Source: an uncultured Gemmatimonadales bacterium (lineage in GTDB: Bacteria; Gemmatimonadota; Gemmatimonadetes; Gemmatimonadales; GWC2-71-9). Taken from it: a stretch of 64,000 bases of DNA. Below the pieces are notes generated by a model that had not been told where the DNA came from, searched no databases, and worked only from the letters and a program-made list of their open reading frames with translations. The translations under genes and the position numbers were made by a program. This document shows, piece after piece, positions 57,293 through 64,000 of this stretch (position 1 is the first letter of the stretch; the number at the start of each line of letters is the position of its first letter). The stretch lies in the NCBI GenBank assembly GCA_963795085.1, contig CAWCFX010000001.1:1326352-1390351 (forward strand). Reading direction: 5' to 3'.

Positions 57293-57850
57293 GCCGATTC
57301 GCTGGACTGCCCCTTGGGCATCGCGAATCTGGGTGTAAACCTGCCGCGCATTCTCGATCATCTCAAAACTAGGGGGCTGAAACTTGCTCATACCAGGCCA
57401 GCCCGCCCCGGCAAAGAAGCTATATCGCGGGTCACCGGAACCCAAAGCGATAGTTCCACTACGATCGCCCGCCTCTTTCAAGGATACATCGGCTAAGCCA
57501 TGGAGGGTCAGACTCTTTACACCCTTGGCGGTCCGAATGATCACCCGTTGATCGGTAAGGCCATAGTAGGTGCGGCTGCGTTGATAGCTGTCGAAGAAGA
57601 AGCGCCCGACTGTGATATAGAGGCCCACCAACACAAACGGTATGCCCCAAAGGGCAAAGAAGAGTGGCCCGCTTTGGCGCAGAGCGCTCACTTCCCAAAA
57701 CACGGCGAACCCACCCCACATCAGACTGAAAGGGATCATCACGGTGTCCGCAGCTCGTAGTCGGACTCCTTGACGTGGGCGGCCGGACCAGAGCAGGCGC
57801 TCGCTGGACCCAAGTTCTCTCTGAAGCTGGTGTTGAGATTCAAAGTCCAT
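57287..57850 (-). CDS. Cassette membrane protein with bacterial PH-like domain
   Basis: 'ERLLWSGRP', two TMs, 'TYYGLTDQRVII'; TAA in R''. Confidence 0.85.
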   Translation of the reverse strand: MDFESQHQLQRELGSSERLLWSGRPRQGVRLRAADTVMIPFSLMWGGFAVFWEVSALRQSGPLFFALWGIPFVLVGLYITVGRFFFDSYQRSRTYYGLTDQRVIIRTAKGVKSLTLHGLADVSLKEAGDRSGTIALGSGDPRYSFFAGAGWPGMSKFQPPSFEMIENARQVYTQIRDAQGAVQRIGA

Positions 57851-57869
57851 TGGGATCTCGGCTATCGGC

Positions 57870-57967
57870 GCCTAACGGTTTGCGCTTGAGCGGCAATCCG
57901 CGCTCAGCATATCGTGGCGTCCATCGGGTGGCTCGGCGCGGTTGACCGCTCCAAGCGCGTGTTAGCG
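57870..57967 (-). repeat. attC (main family, type A)
   Basis: 98-bp copy. Confidence 0.95.
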
Positions 57968-58475
57968 CCGCGCTCTGTTGGAGAGATCGAAATGCTTGAA
58001 CCTCGGCTGCGGGCAGTCTGATGAAACTGCCAACAGCTTGTCCCTCAAGGTTGCCCACCTGTCAGGTTGAACCCTGCCGCGTAAACCCAGCTGATCGCGA
58101 ATCCGACCAGCGCAAGGACATGTTCCGCGGCTGCGGATGCCAACTTGCAGTCTGCAAAGCCTGAGAGGACTAGTAATCTGCCGGGCATGCTGCCTCATCA
58201 GGCCACAGACAGTCGCGGACTGGGCGAGTCCGGAGACTGGCTCAAAGACATCGCCGGCAAACTCAGGCACCCGTGAAGCATGGCTCGAGTGTTACTCGCA
58301 TCACGAATCACAGGCGAGATCCCCGCGCCAGCAACCGACGGACCTCGCTTGTCCGCGAGAGCCAGTACCGTCGCTTCGTGGTCCGCAGAGACACTCAGGC
58401 GGCGGCTGTGCGTCGAGGTCTCCGATTGCGACTCGACGCGATCGAAATATCCGCATCATAGGATCCTTGGCGCGC

Positions 58476-58573
58476 GCCTAACGGTTTGCGCTTGAGCGGC
58501 AATCCGCGCTCAGCATGTGGTGGCGTCCATCGGGTAGCCGGGCGCGGTTGGCCGCTCCAAGCGCGTGTTAGCC
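58476..58573 (-). repeat. attC (main family, type A)
   Basis: 98-bp copy. Confidence 0.95.
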
Positions 58574-59074
58574 GCACGCCCGGCTGAGAGCGACCCAGAG
58601 TCGTGAGCGGCAACCTGCATCCGAGCGCCATATCAGCTGCCGATGCAAGGCTCGGACCCGCCGAGCAACTGCAGTGCCGAGTCGGCACTACAGCCCGAGT
58701 CGCTTGCACGTCCGTGATATGACGTCCACGATGTCGACGGGCTGCACAATGCTAGACTTGTCAGCTTGACGAACGACGGACGTCCGTACCGTGAGTTCGG
58801 AGACCAGGGCGATCGCCTGCGAGGACTCGGCGACTCAATCAACGCGTCCTTGGCCCAGCGTAGTCGGGACTGCCGCTAGGGGCATCCGCCATCGTGCAAG
58901 ACTCAAGCCAGGCGCGAATGAAGGTCTGCGTGCGCGGCTGCCAGGCCGCAGCAGACGAGTCCGGATGAGGCACCGCGGTGCAGCGAGCTGCGACCGAGCA
59001 GCATGGCTGCTGCATTTCCATGTCGAGATGCGCCAGCATGGCTGCGTAAGGCCATTGGAGTCGTCCGAGCAGCG

Positions 59075-59172
59075 GCCTAACGGTTTGCGCTTGAGCGGCA
59101 ACCGCGCTCAACATGTGGTCGCGTCCCAGCGGGTAGCCCGGCGCGGTTGACCGCTCCAAGCGCGTGTTAGGT
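59075..59172 (-). repeat. attC (main family, type A)
   Basis: 98-bp copy. Confidence 0.95.
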
Positions 59173-59637
59173 GGCGCTTTGCCGGATAGCTGCACGAGCG
59201 GCGATTGCCCGCAACTGTTCATGCGGAAACGGGAATCCCCACTTCTTCTGATAGCCTTGGGCGCCGTGCTCATTCAGCAAAGATTGAAGCGACATGCCTA
59301 TCTGACCGGCGAATGACATTAGGGATGTCCTGCAATCGAAAGAGGGTGCTGCAAGTCGGGCACTGGCCAGATCATCCCCGTTGTCCCCGAGCCCGCGGAA
59401 GACCTGAATTCTGATCTGCATGGCCGGAAGTGGCTCCAGCCGCAAAAGAGTAAGGTGCGGCTCTCCCTCAAAAACCACCTCCTGTGCGGACGCGCCTCCC
59501 AGGAGTCGGGTGGTTGCCTTAGCAAGGTCGCTGGCGCAATCGGTAAGGTCGGAGGCGACAATAGTCGTGCCCTGCCGACCTTCCTTTAGGGTCAGCTGCG
59601 ACCACCCGCTGCCATCCAACACAAGGCTGATTTGCAT
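59167..59637 (-). CDS. Cassette hypothetical protein
   Basis: ORF fills the cassette; TAA in R''. Confidence 0.8.
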   Translation of the reverse strand: MQISLVLDGSGWSQLTLKEGRQGTTIVASDLTDCASDLAKATTRLLGGASAQEVVFEGEPHLTLLRLEPLPAMQIRIQVFRGLGDNGDDLASARLAAPSFDCRTSLMSFAGQIGMSLQSLLNEHGAQGYQKKWGFPFPHEQLRAIAARAAIRQSAT

Positions 59638-59656
59638 AGATGCTTTCGTTAGCGCC

Positions 59657-59753
59657 ACCTAACGGTTTGCGCTTGAGCGGCAACCGCGCTCAGCATGTGG
59701 TGGCGTCCAGCGGGTAGCCGGGCGCGGTTGACCGCTCCAAGCGCGTGTTAGGG
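59657..59753 (-). repeat. attC (main family, type A)
   Basis: 97-bp copy. Confidence 0.95.
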
Positions 59754-59762
59754 AGCACGCGT

Positions 59763-60176
59763 CTATTCTGCCGACTCGGCCAGCGCTTCCCGAAGACGCT
59801 GCTGAGCAGAATCAAGATCAGGCGTGGCTGCTGCAGGAAACTGAGTGACCAATGTGCCACCTCGCGTGATGTACCACTGTGCCTGGCCTGGATCAACATC
59901 CGGATGCCCGGCAAGGACGTCGGTCAGGGGAATGTGATGGAGCCGGTAGACGATCTGGTTCATCGTGACTTCGAACACATGTTTTTCCAACCAAGCCGTT
60001 GCCAATGCCTTCAGAGCAGTCGCATCTGCGATATCCTGAAAACATCCCAACGGGGGCCCGTCAGCTTGAACGATCCAGAAATGCTGAGGTTTAGGGTCAT
60101 CTTGAAAGCGTACCAAAGCCTGCCGTCGCAGCTGGTATATCCCAGTCAGATGCCAAATCGTTGGACCTAACATCAT
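59763..60176 (-). CDS. Cassette hypothetical protein
   Basis: 137-aa ORF fills the cassette. Confidence 0.7.
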   Translation of the reverse strand: MMLGPTIWHLTGIYQLRRQALVRFQDDPKPQHFWIVQADGPPLGCFQDIADATALKALATAWLEKHVFEVTMNQIVYRLHHIPLTDVLAGHPDVDPGQAQWYITRGGTLVTQFPAAATPDLDSAQQRLREALAESAE

Positions 60177-60195
60177 TCGGAGACCTGTGCGTGCT

Positions 60196-60292
60196 CCCTA
60201 ACGGTTTGCGCTTGAGTGGCATTCGCGCTCATCATGTCCTGGCGTCCAGCGGGTGGCCCGGCGCGAATGGCCACTCCAAGCGCGTGTTAGGC
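60196..60292 (-). repeat. attC (main family, type B)
   Basis: 97-bp copy, internally identical to the 60619 copy. Confidence 0.95.
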
Positions 60293-60571
60293 ATCCGCTT
60301 TGGTGGTTGCTTCTCGTCGTGATGTGCGACGCGACAGCCACCACACAAACGTAAAGGCAGTCGGCGGGCCAAAGACGAGAAGTGTTAGCACAGCGGGATT
60401 CCCTGAGATACCAAGTATGCCGACAACTGTTTCTGAGTCGTGCTTGTTCGGGAAGTAAAACTGGTTTATCGATTGGGTGATCACCCAGTCAACGTACGCA
60501 CCTATTATGACCAGCCAGCCCACCCATGCTGCAACCACTCGCCAGCGTGACCAGTGTCTTAGGGGCAACAT
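60287..60571 (-). CDS. Cassette small membrane protein
   Basis: GGAGG RBS, two TMs, TAA in R''. Confidence 0.75.
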   Translation of the reverse strand: MLPLRHWSRWRVVAAWVGWLVIIGAYVDWVITQSINQFYFPNKHDSETVVGILGISGNPAVLTLLVFGPPTAFTFVWWLSRRTSRREATTKADA

Positions 60572-60618
60572 TGTTCACCCTCCAAGTGTCTGCCGCACCA
60601 GCGGAACGCGACGCGGAT

Positions 60619-60715
60619 GCCTAACGGTTTGCGCTTGAGTGGCATTCGCGCTCATCATGTCCTGGCGTCCAGCGGGTGGCCCGGCGCGAATGGCCACTCC
60701 AAGCGCGTGTTAGGC
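60619..60715 (-). repeat. attC (main family, type B)
   Basis: 97-bp copy. Confidence 0.95.
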
Positions 60716-61028
60716 GCCAGCGTGCCAACTGAGCCGGTGAGGTGCCGCTCCACTAAGTCCACGCTAGATCGGCTGAGGTGACCTGCCACACTTGGGACAA
60801 GCGATCAGGCCGGGCACAAGTTCTCGCATGGCTGATGCATCTGCGGGACAGAACCACGGACCGCCAATCCGAAAGTCACGGCGAGCTCCGGTAGCGCTTC
60901 AGTTGCGTCGTGATCAGACGTGAGCTGCAAGGCCATCCTCGAGGTGTCTGGAGAGCCCCATACTGCCTGTGCGCCAGGCTGAGTCTGGGCCAACGTGCTC
61001 CAGCTGAACCCGCACTCGGGCAAAACAC
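60716..61028 (-). pseudogene. Frameshifted Cys-rich (zinc-ribbon-like) cassette gene
   Basis: AGGAGG RBS and GTG; fragments 'FCP', 'WFCPAD', 'CPKCG' fall in different frames. Confidence 0.5.
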
Positions 61029-61056
61029 AGAATCCTCCTGGAAGCGTGCAGGTGCC

Positions 61057-61153
61057 GCCTAACGGTTTGCGCTTGAGCGGCAACCGCGCTCAGCATGTGG
61101 TGGCGTCCATCGGGTAGCCGGGCGCGGTTGACCGCTCCAAGCGCGTGTTAGGT
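61057..61153 (-). repeat. attC (main family, type A)
   Basis: 97-bp copy. Confidence 0.95.
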
Positions 61154-61558
61154 GGCCCGGCTCTGTATACAGTCCCCTAGTGTAGCCGTGGCGCGCCATT
61201 CCCAACGATGCTGTGGGCCGATCACATCGCCGATCCAGACTACCGAACCCTCAAGTACGCCACGGTGTGAGTGCAACGTGAGCCAGGTAGACTCCGAACC
61301 ACCACGCCACTCGATGAGGATAGAATCGGCGTCTGCCTTCCAAGTCCCTCGAAGCGAGAAGAACGTGGCGTGAACGCTATCATGCGAGGTAAGTGCGACC
61401 CATTCAGCAGTACCGTTCTGACCACTTCCCTCCAAACGTACTTCGCGGGGCAGGGTTAGCGCACTGGAGTCTGGATATGCGACAAGGAGGCACTGACCTG
61501 TGCCAGGTAAGACAAGAGGCGACGGCGACGCGGCACACGCAGCCAATAGAGTGAACAC
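61148..61558 (-). CDS. Cassette hypothetical lipoprotein (start uncertain)
   Basis: 'LLAAC'; TAA in R''. Confidence 0.7.
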   Translation of the reverse strand: MFTLLAACAASPSPLVLPGTGQCLLVAYPDSSALTLPREVRLEGSGQNGTAEWVALTSHDSVHATFFSLRGTWKADADSILIEWRGGSESTWLTLHSHRGVLEGSVVWIGDVIGPQHRWEWRATATLGDCIQSRAT

Positions 61559-61611
61559 TAGTCCGAAGCTAGCCGGTATGAACTCGCATCTAACCTTAAA
61601 CGTCTAGGGCC

Positions 61612-61709
61612 ACCTAACGGTTTGCGCTTGAGCGGCAACCCGCGCTCAGCATATGGTGGCGTCCATCGGGTAGCTCGGCGCGGTTGACCGCTCCAAGCGC
61701 GTGTTAGGC
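61612..61709 (-). repeat. attC (main family, type A)
   Basis: 98-bp copy. Confidence 0.95.
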
Positions 61710-61725
61710 GGATGCTGCTGACGTG

Positions 61726-62263
61726 CTAATGGCAAACGACAACACCGCCAAGTGCGTTCACAGCTCGCGGACTATCGTCGGCGCGCACATAATCCTGAGT
61801 CATTGTGAAAAAGCAAGCATCACTGGTTGGCACAAAGATGGCTATCACAAGCCTAAGGGTATCAGCCGTTTTGGCGTCAGGAGTATTGAAACGGACTCCA
61901 AACTTGGCAAAACTGCCAGCGCCAACAGCCATCATACTATCATTCCAAAGACCTCCGACCGCGCTGTTGAGTCAATAGGTGCGAAAGCCAATCCAAAGCA
62001 AGTGGCCGTGCCTTCAGGTGTGAAGCGTCCCAGACATCTGGAAATAGCAAAAGATTTATGGGCCTGATACTGTCAGGGCGACCACGGAATAGCGGATCGC
62101 GGCTGGCCATTATTGCTGCCGGCACCTGGCCAAGAGCAGATTCATACATCGCATATGAGGTCTGATCGTCCACAATTGGCTTGGGGGCGTTCCTACCTTG
62201 AGCAGGAACACAGCCGGCGAGCCAAATGCCGATAAGCCACAACTGGTTCAAGGAGATCTTCAC
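61726..62263 (-). pseudogene. Cassette lipoprotein gene split into two ORFs
   Basis: 61940-62263 (lipobox 'LAGC') and 61726-61935 are consecutive on the same strand. Confidence 0.55.
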
Positions 62264-62270
62264 GGCATCC

Positions 62271-62368
62271 GCCTAACGGTTTGCGCTTGAGCGGCAACCC
62301 GCGCTCAGCATATCGTGGCGTCCACCGGGTAGCTCGGCGCGGTTGACCGCTCCAAGCGCGTGTTATGC
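62271..62368 (-). repeat. attC (main family, type A)
   Basis: 98-bp copy. Confidence 0.95.
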
Positions 62369-62496
62369 AGCGATTCCGCCGCGCGGAGCCGCCGCCAACG
62401 TCTGGCCTTCCTCCGTAGTGTACTCGCCGGCTGGAAATCCGCTACCATCTGCCCGGACGTGTTACGTCCCAGGCTCTCTGCCGAATCCGAGGCTTT

Positions 62497-62781
62497 CCGC
62501 CCGCACCATTGGACGTTTCCGCAGCAACCGCGAGCACGATCCCGCCGCCCATCTGCCCGGGCGCTCCAGGCTGGCATCGGAGGGGCGGGGAACACGGAGC
62601 GGTTGGACGCAACCGCGCGGATCAATCTGCCCCGGCGGCGAAGCGAACGCCCAGCTGGGAAGCGACATGCTTACCCGGACCTGGCCGTACGTGGATCATT
62701 TCACATTCCGCGGGCCGCCGCCATCACCAATTGATGCTTCCTTAGCAACCGCGAGCGCGAACTCGCCGCCCACCTTCCCGG
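62497..62781. repeat. Two diverged 64-bp direct repeats inside one cassette
   Basis: 62497-62560 vs 62718-62781, ungapped, 51/64 identical. Confidence 0.85.
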
Positions 62782-62851
62782 ACCGCGGAAGCCGGACTGG
62801 GAGGCCCGTTTAAGAGGATGCCGTAGTTAATTCTCTGTTGGGACGGCCGCT

Positions 62852-62938
62852 GCATAACGGTTTGCGCTTGAGTGGCATTCGCGCTCATCATGGCGTCCAG
62901 CGGTGGCCGGCGCAATGCACTCCAAGCGCGTGTTAGCG
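62852..62938 (-). repeat. attC (main family, type B), shortened to 87 bp by small deletions
   Basis: Both arms recognisable. Confidence 0.88.
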
Positions 62939-63337
62939 CCAATCACCGGTGGAGCTGAGGACTGCGGATTGCCGGCTGCGGCGCGCGTAACATGCCGCAC
63001 CGGGTTGGGACGGTACTCACCAAGTCACCGACGTCTCAGTTCACCTGTTGGGTCATCGCTCTAGGCCCGGATCTATGATCCGGGGATCAAGCAGGACGGA
63101 TAGGGCTACGAAGCGTCCACCTCAACGGACCATGCCTGCGACGGCACCGATGTCGCAAGTCGTTCGGCGCTATCAGCGCTATCAAGGTCAAAGCACGTAC
63201 ACAATCGCTGTAGGTGCCGAGTAACGGGTCAGATTGCAAATACTCGACTGTTCGTTCGCGATACTCGCGCAATCCACCGAATGGCATAACGCGGTGTCCT
63301 TGGCTGCGATCTCGAAGAACTGAGATGATGGTGCGGC

Positions 63338-63434
63338 GCCTAACGGTTTGCGCTTGAGTGGCATTCGCGCTCATCATGTCTCAGCGTCCATCGGGTGGCC
63401 TGGCGCGAATGGCCACTCCAAGCGCGTGTTAGAC
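63338..63434 (-). repeat. attC (main family, type B)
   Basis: 97-bp copy. Confidence 0.95.
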
Positions 63435-63905
63435 CGCGGCGTCGGACGACTTCCTCGGCTTGGTGATGAGCCGAAGGCCCCCAAAGACCAGCACTACGGC
63501 CAAGAGAAGGCGTGGACCTGTCCAGCTTATGGACGGAAGGAAGCGGCTCCACCCCGCCTGAACTGCCATAAACCCTAGCGTGACAATTGACAGCCATCGT
63601 GCCAAGCGTGACCGGCCTAGGAGAAAGCCACCTGCCGCGGCGCCTACAAAAGCGATGGGCCCCAACTCGTGGAAACCCCGAAACACAAGATCGGGAAAGC
63701 GATAGCCTTGCCTCACCAGAAGCTGGACGGTCAACGCCGCGCCTATCACTAAGCCTCCAATGATGAATCCAGCCCCGGCCCAGCGTTCCGGCCGGTGGCC
63801 GGTTCCCGATATACTGGAGCTTTGGAGTCGCTCCAATGCCCTCGGGTGAGGCGCGCTTTGGCCGAGGGCCTCCACACGTTGAGCTGGGGTTCGGGTCGGT
63901 TTCAC
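63429..63905 (-). CDS. Cassette membrane protein
   Basis: Four TMs; TAA in R''. Confidence 0.75.
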   Translation of the reverse strand: MKPTRTPAQRVEALGQSAPHPRALERLQSSSISGTGHRPERWAGAGFIIGGLVIGAALTVQLLVRQGYRFPDLVFRGFHELGPIAFVGAAAGGFLLGRSRLARWLSIVTLGFMAVQAGWSRFLPSISWTGPRLLLAVVLVFGGLRLITKPRKSSDAAV

Positions 63906-63924
63906 ACGGGATCTCCGGACCGCG

Positions 63925-64000
63925 GTCTAACGGTTTGCGCTTGAGCGGCATTCGCGCTCAGCATATCGTGGCGTCCATCGGGTGGCCGGGCGCGAATGGC
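63925..64000 (-). repeat. attC (main family), truncated by the window end
   Basis: GTCTAACGGTTTGCGCTTGAGCGGCATTCGCG... Confidence 0.9.

Larger units (their letters stand above)
53682..64000 (-). mobile_element. Integron gene-cassette array (integrase not in window)
   Basis: 19 attC sites alternating with ~0.3-0.6 kb inserts, mostly single ORFs; stop codons in R''; visibly lower GC than the left of the window. Confidence 0.95.

Noticed and set aside
54793..64000. CRISPR array or REP/MITE interpretation of the 97-98 bp repeats
   Set aside because: Repeats and inserts are far too long for CRISPR, no cas genes are present, and the R''/L''/L'/R' architecture with gene-sized inserts fits attC
1..64000. 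Integrase, transposase, tRNA or rRNA genes
   Set aside because: No tyrosine-recombinase or DDE motifs and no structural RNA signatures recognised

Overview
High-GC bacterial DNA; the gene repertoire suggests Gemmatimonadota (inference). Nearly all genes are on the minus strand. The right end (~54-64 kb) is an integron cassette array. It holds 17 copies of one 97-98 bp attC family (one shortened, one cut by the window edge), each closing a ~0.4-0.7 kb cassette. Orientation places attI/intI beyond position 64000; no integrase is in the window. Progressively decayed copies of the same attC family, plus a few unrelated attC types, continue leftwards to at least 34.2 kb. They bracket genes such as a catalase, a MenA-like prenyltransferase, DUF5661, DinB and VOC proteins, so the window looks like a gradient from fresh to 'domesticated' cassettes. 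The left part carries accessory enzymes (serine hydrolases, amidohydrolases, GNATs, cupins, nitrilase), a 22-bp-periodic repeat tract, a Ser/Thr kinase, and an ECF sigma / zf-HC2 anti-sigma / exported TPR-CHAT protease operon with two secreted proteins. Several single-base frameshifts may be sequencing errors. All family assignments come from motif recognition by eye; no searches were run.
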